NCBI GenBank assembly: GCA_964016885.1
Contig: OZ024742.1
Location: 105,958,001 to 106,022,000, forward strand
Source: Eledone cirrhosa
Lineage: Eukaryota
Length of the DNA: 64,000 bases
Direction of reading: 5' to 3'
A program made the position numbers and the translations under genes. Below, piece by piece: positions 26,076 to 40,900 of this stretch. The notes below the pieces were generated by a model that was given only the letters and a program-made list of their open reading frames with translations, did no database searches and was not told the origin of the DNA. Position 1 is the stretch's first letter. Each line of letters begins with the position of its first letter.

Positions 26076-27361
26076 TTAACTGCTCGAAAATGCCTCTTTC
26101 TTGGAGCTGTTAAATACATGTTATTGTAAACGACTGAGAGTTTAATCTCAAAATATAATATACTATATATATATATATACATTTTCATGCACATATGGAC
26201 CCTCAATGGAGTTGTATGGGTACTGTAGACACAGAGTGTTTGGGGCATTTTAAACCCATTCCTCTTAAGGTCTGAACGCAGCCGATTTCTTCTATCGAAA
26301 AACAGAGGGGGGAAATGGCAGGAAGTGAGAAAGAGATCTAGAGAAAGAATCGACCTTAGTACTGGGCTGGTGCTATTATCGACCTCGAATGGATGAAAAT
26401 TTAAGTTTATTTCGGAGTGTTTTCCCCTCAGAACGCAAACAGCCGGAACAAAAATCACAAGATCTATTCGAGGTTGTAACGACTCTGTCAATTCGCCGCT
26501 TTATTAATCCCATTACCATATATGTAGAATGTTCTTTGGATAGTAGACTCAATCTGTTACTTAGTTTAACAGCACCACCACATGGTGCTTATGATCAATT
26601 ACAAGATTAAAGACATGGTTTTTAGTATGAAGCCCATCAGCCACGTTTTCTTTCTCCCTTTACTCTTCTCTCCTCACAAGTTTGAGAGGCTCTGCACATT
26701 TTTACTTGACTAGGCCGTAAAAAAAAACAAGTGTATTTATATTATAAGATCAAGATCAGCTTCATCGCTGAAGGTATTTAAAGACAAGATAAGCAGATTA
26801 AGTTAGATCAAGATATCCTTTAAAATAAACTTTGTACAAGTTAAATGGCTAGATGATAGAGATACAGGAAAACCGATTCATATGAATTAGGTTCAAATCC
26901 ACGATATTTGGTTTTCTTTGCTATTTGAAAAATGCTGTTTATCGTATGCGTTGCATTTCAAATAGGCTGTCGGCAATATGTAGTGTATTCTTAAATAACT
27001 TTGTTTACGATAGACTGCTTTGCTCCACATGATGAGATTTATTTCCATGAATGTTGGTGCCAAGAGCATAACGACATAAGTTGAAGAGAAAGATATAATC
27101 GAAAACCGAAACTAAGAAGCAGTTGTAACCTATTGCGAGCTTAATACTTACTGTCCATCCCCTATTAATACATAGACACATATATATATATACATCTGTG
27201 GACAGATATGTAAAAAAATACATTGCATCTCCCTATCTCTCTTTCTCATATATGCATATACATCAAGTAATCTACACATACAATTTAAGTCCAATCAATA
27301 TAACTTATAGAGAAAAAAAACAAAAACTATATATATTTTCCATTTACAGTATGCATGTGTT

Positions 27362-27404
<43 letters not shown>

Positions 27405-28689
27405 TTGTGTGTGTGTCTGTGTGTGTGTGTGTGTGAATGTGTGTATGAACACACAAATGCGTTTTATATATGTATATAATGTTCTCTGACATTGCTACCA
27501 ACCATTCATGCATCTGTTTCTTTTCCTTTAACGTTTTTTAAACATTCAATGACTGTCCATAAATTTATTATAATTTATTGAAATTCGTCTTTCCTATTCA
27601 AAAGCAATCTCACGACGATATCTCAACCAGCAATCCATTAACGTCTTCTAGGTTAACCTTATATTTACACATTAACCCCATTACCGTATTTAATTTTTAA
27701 CTCATTAACTCATTGCTGACAGAAAACCTTCCAGCAATAATTCGTTTCTCTGATCAGACATGAATTTTGTTTTGCAACACGACAGCTTTACATCCACTAC
27801 CACCCTGTGCAACCCGATGAGGGATTAATTTAAGGCATAGAGTGCAAATGGATTTCTTGAAAGAAATTTTAGAATCCGGAATGTCTATCGGTAACTAAAT
27901 CCCTTCTTTTAAAAGATGTCTATTTGAGTAAAGTTTTGAAGCTGTTAACCTATATTCTTTCGAGAGAAGTTTTCTGGAGTATAGAAATAGCTATCGAATG
28001 ATGTTGACAAAATAGCTGCGAGATTGCAATCTTCAGCAGACGATGTGAAACCACTTGAAAGTTTCACCTTTTTAAAGAAATATACTGAGACAAGGGTCAT
28101 TAAGATTATTCTGTTAAGCAATGAATTTGAAGAAATAGTAATCTCTTCCTGATTTTATGAGAATATTCGACTTTTTTTTCGTGTTACAGGAAGTATTCCT
28201 ATTGAAAAAAAATATGCTATCCAATCAGCATTGGTGTTCTACGCTTTGAGCAATTTCCTTTAGGTCGCAGTTAATTATTTACTCAAAACAAGTACTGTTA
28301 TTTATTTTTGTTAATTATCTTCAAATCAAATCTGCTTGAGCATAGACGATCTAGTCGTTATCACGCTACTTTTTCTTTTTTTATAGATATAGTGTATATA
28401 AGACTATTGTGTCTAATGTGATCTTTTTAAAGACGATACAGAGTAATTTGGGGAAGATTTGACGGTTATTTTTAACAGGTCGAGTGACTAATTTGAAGCT
28501 TAATGATAGGTTCATCTCATTGTAAATATCTACTACTAGGCAGACTAAACCATGTTAAAGAGATTTCGTTCTTATATAAGACATAATACCGGCCCGGCGG
28601 CGCAATAATAAACATTTAAGTTTATTTCCAAAACCCAGATATTTGTGATGGTAGATTTTTGATTTTTGTTTACATAACATTTCTGATTT

Positions 28690-28860
28690 AGGCACACGGC
28701 CAGCAAATTTGGGAGAAAGTTGGTTAAATCCGCCCCATTACTTGACTGGAATTTTATTTTATGGACCCGGAAGGATGAAAGGCAAAGTTGACCTTGGTGG
28801 GATTTGAACTCAATTTAAAGAATTAGAACAAATAACGCAATGGCATTTAATCCACCGCCC
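28690..28860 (-). mobile_element. tRNA-derived SINE
   Basis: aggcac..ggccagcaa..ggatgaaaggcaaagttgacct..gatttgaactc; the reverse complement contains a B-box-like GAGTTCAAATCCC. Confidence 0.7.
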
Positions 28861-29818
28861 TTCCCACAATTATATATTACTAGCATTAACTCTATTGACC
28901 CCGAAAGATAAAAAGCAAAGTGAAACACGTGAAGGGATGAAACTGAGACTTTATCATGTCTGCTCCTACTGACTAGTACAATTAGAGCTGAGGATTGGCA
29001 GAATCGTCAAAGCGGTGGACAAAATACCTTGCTGTATTTGTTTCGGCTTTTTTCCACTTAGAGATAAACTTTGCCTTCCATTCTTTTTTTGGGCGATAAA
29101 ATAATGTAGTAGTCAACTTCTGAGAGTCAATCACCTTATAAAACTGGGTACTGAACTATCGGCCAGCCAAGCGCTCTGTGGTTCGTATTCTTGTAATTGA
29201 CAGAGTGTGAAACCACGATTAGAAACTTTAATTTTCAAAGACTGAGAACATCAAGCTTTAATGCATGAAGTCAGCAATGTTAAGGAAAAGGAAAGTCTTA
29301 TATTGACCTCAGTATTTGGCTGGTACTTTATTTCAACGATCTCGAAAGAACGAAAACTAATGTTGACCGCGGTGGAATTTGAAACTAGATCGTAGAGAAC
29401 TGTAACAAATTACAACCATGCATTCATTTCGTCTGCAGCACTAACGCTTCTGCCAATCTAGCTGGGTACAATAATAAAACATTACTATAAAATCTCTTGA
29501 CCGCAGATTGAGACGAAATCGTGGTCTTGCATTACTGCGTGTATACATTTTTCATTTATGAAACTCACTAACCGATCATACAAATAATAAAACAATAGAA
29601 TCTGAAGAGGCAGGTGGAGTTCAGCGTCAGTAGTAAATGATGGAAAATTGAAATTATGGAGTAAATGTTATTTTGATCAATTAAATGCCATATATTATCT
29701 CAGAGTGAAAAAAAGAATTGTAGCATTTGGTCAACTCCCAAGACAAATTATCTAGTTTCAACAATGAATTGAAAACGCATAAAAAAAATATATATATAAA
29801 TAGAGAGAGAGAGAGAGA

Positions 29819-29873
<55 letters not shown>

Positions 29874-29900
29874 AGTTCCACAACAGTTAATTCACCATTT

Positions 29901-29940
29901 CCGAGAACAATGTTTCACCTTAGACGGATCATCAGCTCGG
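29901..29940 (-). ncRNA. Minimal hammerhead ribozyme (family G, single copy)
   Basis: Reverse complement reads ccgag-CTGATGA-tcc gtctaa ggt-GAA-ACATTGT-T-ctcgg, with a 5-bp stem I. Confidence 0.75.
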
Positions 29941-30211
29941 TTTAAATGAGATAATACGTAAATAAAACCGTTATTGCTTCAATCAGCCTTCTAGTCCCCA
30001 GCAAACACCCTAAACCGAACGCCAACTTGTCGCCATGACTCCTGCCAAACAAACCATACCCCCCCCCCCTCCAAATTCGTCAAAACAAAAGCGGATCACT
30101 CATTTTCACAAACTCGACTTACCCAACCGAACCGCATGTGTAAGACACCTAATGGGTAAGATAGACGTTATCAAGCAGCCGCTGTCTTATTACATAGTTT
30201 CTATGTAATGA

Positions 30212-30406
30212 TTTCTACTATAAGCACAAGGCCAGCAATTTTGGGGAGGGTAAAATCGATTATATCAACCCCAGTGCGTTACTGGTACTTTATTTTATCG
30301 CCCCTGTAAGGATGAAAAGCAAAGCTAACCTCGGCGGGATTCGAACTAAGAATGTAAAGGGCCGTAACTCTATGCCACGAAGCAGGGTGTCCGACGCTGT
30401 ACCGAT
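30212..30406 (-). mobile_element. tRNA-derived SINE with probable TSD
   Basis: Family consensus with B-box GTTCGAATCCC on the minus strand. Flanks atagtttctat(g/a)taat at ~30195 and ~30407. Confidence 0.8.
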
Positions 30407-30458
30407 ATAGTTTCTATATAATAAAGCTAAAGCTATTATCTGCGCACACACACACACA

Positions 30459-30504
<46 letters not shown>

Positions 30505-31084
30505 TTTATATATATATATTAATTTATATATATATATGTATGTTTATTCAAAAATATAGACCAGCACTAAATATAGTTTAATATACATTAATATGTTAAC
30601 ACCATAACGTGCTAACCATCCAAACAGACACATACATACACACACACACATAACACCCTCTTCTATATTCGAAAATAAAAACCAGAGCCAAATAGACCAT
30701 AACATACGTTAATACACCTTAACATGCTAACCCCCCCCCCCCCCCCCACACACACATATAACACCCATACACACACACACACAAATATATATATTCTCTA
30801 CCCTGTCGCTACCTTCACATGCTAACCATACCCCAACACACATATAACACCCATACACACACACACATAACTCCCTTTTCAATTTCTACTAATGGAATCA
30901 TTTTCCTACACACACACATCAGCACCCAAATAAAAATATATATCTCTATCTTCTTTATTTCAATAGAAAGTCTGAATTTTGACACCTCAGCACATCAGCC
31001 ATACTCACTGAACCAGAACAATTCTTCCCATCCCTTTTTTCTTGACCATTATCTTTTGTCTGGCACAAAACTCTCTATGACAAA

Positions 31085-31410
31085 TCATGAACTGGCGCGA
31101 AATTTAATGTACTTATTCACGTGACAGTCATAATTAATCAAATTACATTTATAAAAAAAACATTTTTTAGCCACTTTTTTAAAGTGAAAATGACAATAAA
31201 GAACCCTCAAACACGAACTGGCGCGAAAGTTGATGTGCTTATTCACGTGACCGCACCAACCAACTAAATTTCACTTATATATGAGCGCCCCCCTTTTTTT
31301 AAAGGCAAATACAATAAGAACTTTGTAACGCGAACTGGCGCGAAATTTATTTACTTTCACTCGTGTAGGACATCTCGTTTTTTTTTCAATTTAAAAAAAA
31401 ACCTCATTTT

Positions 31411-31472
<62 letters not shown>

Positions 31473-31551
31473 CACCCCACTCTCAAGAGCATGAAACCAA
31501 TAAACCTTTGTTCGTACTGCCTCTCTATTTTGTTCCCGTTCAATTTTTCAC

Positions 31552-31590
<39 letters not shown>

Positions 31591-32305
31591 AAAATTAAGA
31601 TAAATCAAATGAATTTAATTTAAATCAAAATTATGGCTGTCATGCCAGAAAGACATGCGCCATATCACCCGCAAAATAAGCTCTAAGATTCTAACGAGTA
31701 GGTCCGAGCATTTTATAATACCTAGAAATTGATTAACATATAAATAAACATGAATAATCACAGGAGATAATTTTTAAAATTTGTAAAAATTATCTCCTGT
31801 GATTATTCATGTTTATTTATATGTTAATCAATTTCTAGGTATTATATATATAAGAAAATGAGGGGTTTTTTAAATAAAAAACAAAAACGAGATGTCCTAC
31901 ACGAGTGGAAGTATAAGGAAAAAAATTAAATCGAAAATGCAACTAAGAATATTTATTTGTTTCCTTTACCGGTTTCACAGTTCTTATGCTTTTCAAAAGT
32001 AGAATTGAGATGGAGGGTTTGTGGTTTTTCTCGCATCTGGTTGGTGTTCGAATGTTACTTCTGTGTTATGTGGAAAAAAGTTTTTTTTTACAAAAGTAAT
32101 TTGCTTGGTTGATGACTGTCACGTGAAAAAGTATAATAAATTTCGCGCCAGTTCGCGTTACAAAGTTCTTATTGTATTTGCCTTTAAAAAAAGGGGGCGC
32201 GCATATATGAGTGAAATTTAGTTGGTTGGTGCAATCACGTGAATAAGCACATCAACTTTCGAGCCAGTTCGTGTTTGTGGGTTCTTTATTGTCATTTTCA
32301 CTTTC
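31085..32305. repeat. Nested inverted repeats with ~120-bp subrepeats
   Basis: Outer arms ~31180-31415 versus ~31850-31912 plus 32135-32305. Inner perfect hairpin at 31716-31845. The motif gaactggcgcgaaa occurs three times in the left part. Confidence 0.8.
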
Positions 32306-33434
32306 ATTACTTTCCATAAGGTCTCATTATTCTATCGATCTTGAAGAGATAAAAGGTAAACTGAACCAAGCAATATTTCTTCGTCATGATAATATATAAT
32401 AGCAAGATTTCCGATTTAAAAATGTTCAATTGGCTACTAAGGCTCTAGAGAAATGCTTGAACAACATAAATGATAAAATTAATTTGCTACCTTTAAAAAG
32501 CCTTATATACCGCAACTTACGGAAACAGGTAAAAGTGCTCTCACTTGTTAAAGAACTCAGTAGAAATCGTTGGTTGATCCAATGATACAAGTGGGAAGAG
32601 AATAAACCTATAGAGAAATCTTACATCCGTCAAGTTGTTGTTGTACGAAACTACGGCTATTTTCATATTGTAACGTCGGCGAAAAACACGCGAAATTTAC
32701 TAAACAGCGCATGACATCTTCTGGTATAAAAGTCGGTATCATGAGCACGCGCACTCCTTTCCAGCCGTAGATTTCGATAGCAGTAGACTTTGACTGTGGC
32801 CAATTCAACCGCTGCCTGTCAGGGTAGTTGACTACGACATTTTGTACACAAACTTTCTGTATTTCACAACCATTTGTCATAAATCTCTTATTGTTAACCT
32901 TGTGGTTTCCACACAAATATTTCTCACGTGCAGAAACGTGCATCCATTTTCTCAATTTTTGTCAGCTTTTTTGGTAAAACGTAATTAACGGACATGAACT
33001 TGCAGCATGAAATTTTGTGAATCTCTCATACTTACAACCATTCATTTCTTCACTATATTTTCAACATCACTAACATGTTCGTTATAAAACTAAGTCTTTA
33101 TGTCTAAGAAAGGCACAATATTGTTTTCTGGCTCACGGATATACATTTCGATGTATACTATAGTCAACCACTGCGACGTTAAGAGTCATATCTAAATACC
33201 AGAAAAATTTTGTCTGCAGCTCTATTAATTCTTTTCATCCAACGACCTTAAGTAAGAGATAATTTAAGGCAGAATTCGTGTTCTGTTGCAATGTGATAAG
33301 CTCTTACTGAACCAATAAACCACGAAACCTTCTATATTTCTCTGTTGGAGATATTTCATTTACTGCTGTTTTTCTTTTTCTGAAAAGTCAGCGAAAGCAT
33401 ATTAAACAAGCATCTGTGGACACAGCATGTCTAC

Positions 33435-33740
33435 ATAGTTAAGGAGTTCGCTTCGCAATCATTCGGTCCCAGGTTCGATCTCACTGTCTGGTATCTTGGG
33501 CAAGTGTCATTTACTATAGCCTCGGCTTCACACAAGCCTTGTGAATGAAATTGGGGAGACGGAAATTGTTTGGAAACCTATCGGATGGACTGTACCTATA
33601 GTTCCCGCTGAATATCCTTAAGAATTACATTAAGGATATACGTATATGTAGAATGCCCAGCCACTAACACGTTAATTTCATGAGCAGGCTGTTCTACTGA
33701 TCGAACTGGAACACTCATTATCAAAACCGACGGAGGTCCA
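33435..33740 (+). mobile_element. Second tRNA-derived SINE family with a LINE-like tail
   Basis: gttaaggagttcgct..caggttcgatctc (B box)..tcttgggcaagtgtc. The tail acgttaatttca..gctgttc..gatc..tggaacactc..accga is also present at ~18150-18270, 23470-23780 (-) and 60415-60515 (-). Confidence 0.6.
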
Positions 33741-36475
33741 TTTCAGTTCTTTAATTATCAAATATTTAGTTCTTTATCTACCAGATATATTGTAGTTCAA
33801 TAACCAGTGATGATATTGATGGTCATTTCCTATAGATTATCATTAGGGCTAAATTGTCTGTGTCCTTCCTTTTTTTTTTTACTGGGTAGGGTTTCATTTG
33901 AGAACATTTAGGTGGTATTTCTGGCAGATCTATCAACCACATTAAGCTAAATCTTTTTAATAAAAGACTACGGGCATTGGTACTAATAACCAGCTTAACC
34001 TCACACCTATATTGAAAGATCTTTATATGAATGTATGGACTCGTTACTCCTGGTGGAATCGTTTGTGCGCCGTCATGATATAGGGTGTCTTGGCCACTTT
34101 AAATTTGGCGGAGCCCATCTCCTCTCCAGGTCTGAACACAAAAGGAGAGACATGAAGTGCAAAAGTGATATAGAAAATTTGACACAATACTGTACTACTA
34201 CTTTATTTTCGATTAGAAAAGGATAAATAGCAATGTTGACCTCGGCAAGATTTGAACTCAGAGAGCGGGTGATGAATACCGCAGAATATTCAATACGACG
34301 TTCTAACGACTAGCCAATTTGACGTATAGTGAAAAATATTTATCCAACCTATTATATGGGGGCTCCTCAGTTTAATAATAAGCCACTACTCTTTTCTGAG
34401 ATTCATCTCTCTCGTTAACTACGATCTGGTATTTATTTAGCCGATGGTTCTAGCTACATGTTACTTAAGTACTAACCGTACTACACGTGGCTAGACTCTG
34501 TCAACAAGGCAAGTATAGAGGAGACTGCAATAAAGTAAGATGGCTTTTACAGATGATGTTTATATAGGCTCTACTCTTAAACGAAGCACTTTACTCTAAT
34601 AAACAATTTTCTACGGCTAAAGAGATAGGATAAGGGAACAAAAATAAACAAACAAATGTATAGAAAGTATGATTTAAGGGATCCGGCTATGTAGGAGATT
34701 TGAGAAGTTGGACTTTAAGTTATTCTGGCTTTAGGTTGCTTTTTTAACTTTTTAATCTATAAAATTTGATGTTTTGTGGCGATAAATTATTGATAAAGGA
34801 ATTCAGAAAGTTCATTTTCTTTTTCACTGAGAAGAAACTATTTTCTTACATTTTAATGCCCTTGGGACCTCAAACAAACCACAACCTCTTATTTCTCTAC
34901 AGCTATGAAAAGGCAACCGAACAAAAAGCTTTACTGATATCCAAGGTTCCTTGTCTCCTTGCTGTGATTTCAAATCCTAACCGAACAACAATCAGTATAA
35001 GAAGAAACATAAGTAGGTGCCTGTAATATATATTGAGAAGTGCTAATTCAATCGACTGTCATATGCCTAATTAAAGCAATTACTTTGATTTTAAGCATTG
35101 TGTTTATTATTCGGCGAAATGGTAGAGTTGTTAGAATGTTGGATAAATTTGTTGCAATATTCGTTTTAGTTATCTAAATTCAAATTCTGCCAAGATCAAC
35201 CTTGCTTTTTATCCTTTCGAGGTTGATGCATTAGTCCAATATTGGGGTCGATTCTTCCTTTAAATCTTTTCACAATTCATCTTTTACTCTCTCTCTCTCG
35301 TTTTCTGGAAGAAAGCGACTGTGTTCAGACCTAGAGAGTGGGTGGGCTCCGCCAGTTTTAATGTATTCAGGACGGAGCACCTACGGCATACATTGTTTTT
35401 GTTTATAGTCATTAACAGCTGAATTTATGAAAAATATTATGGAGTAAAAACGAATTTACAACAAACTGAGCTAATGGACTGATTGCTATTCTCCGTTGAG
35501 ACCATCTTACTCTTTATATATGTTACAATATCCTTATGAAAAACACGAGTGTCACAGTGTCCCATTCCATCTCATTTAAAGCCTAGCACTGAAATTCTAT
35601 AATCTTCCCGGTATAAAATACAGAGAAAACACGTGCCTCACATTTTGCGCATAATGTCTCGTTTTCGAGTTTCTCTTAGTTTCTTTCGTGAAGAGATAGA
35701 GAATCCATCGCCCACAAACAAAATTTCTCCCATGTTAAAATTGGAAACCCCTCCCTGAATAAAAAGTTTTAACCTTAAGTCCCAAACAATAAGTTGCTAT
35801 AAGTTGAATACCTATAAATATGTAAGATTGAAGATTCATTATGTTTCCCAGTACAAATGCCCCCCCCCCCCCCCTCCAACGACACACACCGGCTTTATAC
35901 ATTTGCAATTCGCCCTTAAAATCCCTTAGTATAAAGCCATTCAAATATGGTGTATGTATGGACCCGTTAATTCTGTTGAAATCTTGGTGGCGTGGTCGTC
36001 ACATACGGCGTAGCGAATCTTGGGCAGTTTAAACCTTTCTTCAGGTCTGACACAGTCGATTTCTTCCAGATATAGAGCAAGGCTGACTGGGAAGGTGATA
36101 TAGAGAAAGAATCGACCCCAGTACTGAACTGGTACTTTTTTTTATCGATTTCGAAAAATGAAAGGCAAAGTTAAGTTAATCTCGACGGGATGTGAAATCA
36201 GAGAGTGCAGAGCCGGAACGAATATCGCAAATAATTCCATCTGACGTTCTAACGACCAAACACGCGAACTGACTACTAAAACATTGTTTCTTTATAGTAC
36301 AGTGCTAGGCATTGTTGACTAATTATTTAGGATCTTATCTTTACGATCTATAATGTCTCTGTTGTTCCGAAGATCGTTTCACGTTCACGTTGTTCCAGGT
36401 TCGATCCACTTACACATCATCTTGGACGTCTTTGTAGCTTCAGTTTATGTGAAATGTGTATGTGCATATGGGTTT

Positions 36476-36531
36476 ATCATTTAGCTATTGAGGTATCATT
36501 TAGCTATTGAGGTATCATTTAGCTATTGAGG
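36476..36531. repeat. Three copies of a 19-bp tandem repeat
   Basis: tatcatttagctattgagg repeated three times. Confidence 0.9.
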
Positions 36532-37040
36532 CATATCAAGTAAATGGTAAAGCTGGCTATTTGATAAATAGAGATTGATAAAATAAGTAATACACAAAGT
36601 GCTGGGATGGATCGGATTAACGATAAACTCTTGAAGGAGGTGCCTCAGCATGGGCACTATCCGATGACATAAATGAACGGTGGTTGTTACCAAAATGTGT
36701 TATTACATTTGACAAGTATGGTACAATTAAAAGGGTAAAATTAATTTAAAATTTAAATTAATAAACTCGATTTGTAATGTTTGATTCTCATAATTAAATT
36801 TCTAACTAAAAACCAGTTTTTAGTTACAAATTTAATTGGCAAATTGACCTCAACAGGATTTGAATTTATGGTCTACGGGACTAGAACTGTTTAATTCTTT
36901 GAAATTAGCAGGAACGGTTTGATAAAAAAAAACAACTTTCTCTAATATTGTATAACCCTGATTCTCCCCACCCCCGCTTCAGACAACCTTTGTATAATTT
37001 ATATATATATATATATATATATATATGGCTTCTTTGCATT

Positions 37041-37183
<143 letters not shown>

Positions 37184-37573
37184 TTCTTAGCATTTGGTTC
37201 TGTGTAATTCTAAAACGTGATCCACAATATATAGAAAGATGGGATAGTTAAGGCTGGAAAGACTTTGATCATACATCTGTTAAACCAGAGGATGTCTGGC
37301 ATAAAATAACACCAACAGCATTAATAACAATAACTGCAAGAAGAAAACCACCAACATCTACACACCCTGTAACGTAACGTTAAATAAAATCGCGAATAGC
37401 ATTAAAAGCCTGTGAAATTATGTGTAATTATTTATCATGGGCGTGTACAGTTATCTTTCATAATTAAGGCATTATTCTCTCGCAGCCTACACATGAAAAT
37501 ATATATGTGAGTATATATGTGTGTATATATATATATATATTTATATATATATACATATGTCTCTGTGTGTGTG

Positions 37574-37615
<42 letters not shown>

Positions 37616-37618
<3 letters not shown>

Positions 37619-37687
37619 GTTGAGGAACGTCGATCCTAGCTAGTACTTAGATGGGTGACCACTTGGAATACCTAAGTGCCGTAAGCA
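37616..37687 (+). pseudogene. 5S rRNA-derived fragment (3' half; pseudogene or SINE3-type head)
   Basis: gaagttgaggaacgtcgatcctagctagtacttagatgggtgaccacttggaatacctaagtgccgtaagc aligns by eye with the 5S box A / intermediate element / box C region through to the 3' end. Confidence 0.75.
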
Positions 37688-37735
37688 TCATTAAGTATTT
37701 TTAATATTTATATATTACATACATATATAAACTTG

Positions 37736-37842
<107 letters not shown>

Positions 37843-37984
37843 ACACAAGCACATATCTATATAGTTTAATAAATAGACAGAGAACAAAAAACAGAGAGGC
37901 AGTACAAATGATATAGTATTAGTTTCACGCTTGAGAGTGGGGTGTGTATATATATATATATACATACACACATACAATATACAT

Positions 37985-38026
<42 letters not shown>

Positions 38027-38431
38027 CATACAATCACATATACACTCGTACACAGACAAAATGATACACAGACAGACATACTCATGTACATCGATTGTGA
38101 CGTGTATATGTAGCTTTGATGAAGATGTTATTACAACAGGCTTCCTCCAAATGGCAGTAATTGCTGCCATTTCAGTGATTCAACCGCTGGACACAGGAAA
38201 CTATTTTTACATTTATTTATTTGTCTAGAGAATTTGGCTGTTTGGGGGCTGGTTTTGTTAGGGAACGGGCGAAATGCTCTTAAATTGGCATGTTTGTGTA
38301 GGTGCATGGTGTGTGAGAAGGAAGTGGTGGGCAATCTAATAGGATCGCATGGATAAAGGAAAATAGATATTGTTGATTGGGTGAGTTTTTATTTGTATGT
38401 ATGTGTGTATGTATGCATTTACTTATTTATG

Positions 38432-38492
<61 letters not shown>

Positions 38493-38809
38493 CAATATCT
38501 TCGCCACAATGCAATAACTATAATAATATTTGATGAATACAGATAAGATTAGTCTGGCAAAACATTCCTGGTTTCTGAAAAAAGTGGGCAAAAACCCAAT
38601 AAGCGTCTGTTTACGGTTTCCGTCCCCAGAAGTACTTTCCCCTATTTATTCAATTATAATTCATATATATCAACTATTATGATAGTTTTCTGCATTGTGG
38701 AGACTATATTTTCAAATTTCCTAATACTTTGCAAATCAATCATGTCGCGTTTAGGTATATATGTAATGTGTGTATGTGTATTATATGTCTGTGTGTATGA
38801 GGGATAAAT

Positions 38810-38903
<94 letters not shown>

Positions 38904-38904
38904 G

Positions 38905-38965
<61 letters not shown>

Positions 38966-39039
38966 TATATATATATGTTTGGTTAGCTTTCCTCTGTGTT
39001 GTTTACTTGTCTCACTCGCTTTACGCGTTTTAATTGTCC

Positions 39040-39193
39040 TAATAACTTATTTTAGTTATTATCGCGCCAACGTGAGGTATATGATTTTTAATGCAATGAA
39101 ATACCTGTGACCGTTGGTAAATCACTGATGAGGGACTCATTTTATAACATGTTATCCATGTGCAACCTTGCAGTATTCTTCTCCCCATTTTTT

Positions 39194-39273
<80 letters not shown>

Positions 39274-39280
39274 TATATAC

Positions 39281-39311
<31 letters not shown>

Positions 39312-39690
39312 CATATATATATATACATATATATATATATCCTCCCGTTTGGCTTGTGTGGGTCTCTTCTTGCTCACATCTCACACACATCAACACGGTC
39401 TCTACCTTTCGCTCATGAAATCCACCCAGGTTATGCTGACCAGGACTACCATGTTGCTTGTTTATTTCCTTTCTTTAGTTTGCTTTTATCCTTCTATGTT
39501 GTTCACTTTTCCCCCTCGCTTTACGCGATTTACTGGTCCCATAACTTTTTTTAGTTATTGCTCGCACCAACCTGAGGTATGTGATTTTTAATGCGATGAA
39601 ATACCAATGATGGTTGGAAAATCACTGACGAAGGACTATTTTTATCATATGTAACCCATGTGCAACCACGCAGTATTCTTCTTTCTTCTC
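39040..39690 (+). mobile_element. Direct-repeat-bounded (pLTR-like) non-coding element; reverse copy at 50955-51490
   Basis: A ~145-bp diverged direct repeat at 39040-39183 and 39541-39682. 39340-39700 closely matches the reverse complement of ~50960-51320. Confidence 0.7.
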
Positions 39691-39839
39691 ATGTTTTATA
39701 TATATATATATAAGTTTTAATATAGAAGAGCTTCTACAAGACTAGAACTGTTTCATTGAACTTTCATTAAAACTTTTATACTCTGTTATGTATTGAGTAC
39801 CTTACTTACTGTGGTTACCTCCGATTGAACCCGGAATAA

Positions 39840-39880
<41 letters not shown>

Positions 39881-40449
39881 GTATATATATATACATACAT
39901 TTATTAAGCTCGCATACACACATACATACATTATTCACACTCCTCATACGAATACATAAATAGATTATATATACATACACAGCTAGTGAAGATTCACTGC
40001 GGTCCAGAACCCCTGACCTCTGTGTCGATTCCTAACGGAGATATAATCTTACACTCCTCCGGTTGATATCTCTCAATAATAAACGAGGTGTTTTAAAACA
40101 ATAAATATCGGATGTTATGAAAACAACTGACAGTACACGAATTAACTCATATCCAGATGGACTAACGAGGGCAAGTGGTGGTTAAACGTTATTGACATCC
40201 AGCACCCAACATAGCTAATATTGTTTCTACTTTTGGCACAAGGCTAGCAATTATCACAGTGTATTACTGGTACTTTATTTTATCGACCCCGTAAGGATGA
40301 AAGGCAAAGTTAACCTCGGCGGGATAGATAATATTACTCGTGGTTTACTTTAGGGTTTGTTATACTTAGAGGTACACAACATTCTCTTATGAATCTCTTG
40401 AGCTTATTCTTAATGAGTATTTGTTTATATATGCGTTTCTTTACATATA

Positions 40450-40628
40450 CCCTCATTATCATCATCATCATCATCATCATGATCACCACTATCTCCACCT
40501 TCCTCATCATCATCTTTATCAGCACCACCACCATCATCCTAACATCACCCACCCACCCACCCACCGTCATCATCATCATCAACCCGTCCAACACCATCTT
40601 CATCATGATCACCACTATCTCCACCACC

Positions 40629-40685
<57 letters not shown>

Positions 40686-40797
40686 TTTATTAACACCACC
40701 ACCATCATCCTAACATCACCCACCCACCACCATCATCATCATCATCATCAACCCGTCCAACACCATCTTCATCATGATCACCACTATCTCCACCACC

Positions 40798-40848
<51 letters not shown>

Positions 40849-40900
40849 TTTATCAACACCACCATCATCCTAACACGACCCACCCACCATCATCATCATC
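40450..40900. repeat. (CAT)n/(CAC)n compound repeat with higher-order duplication
   Basis: The blocks catcatgatcaccactatctccacc and ccatcatcctaaca each recur three times. Confidence 0.9.

Noticed and set aside
27760-27980. Possible pogo/Tigger DDE remnant (NTT..PDEGLI)
   Set aside because: Too degenerate to support by eye.
32560-33100. Possible mariner transposase remnant (115-aa ORF)
   Set aside because: No clear catalytic motif or TIR.
36476-36531. CRISPR-like repeat
   Set aside because: Contiguous tandem copies without spacers, in eukaryotic DNA.
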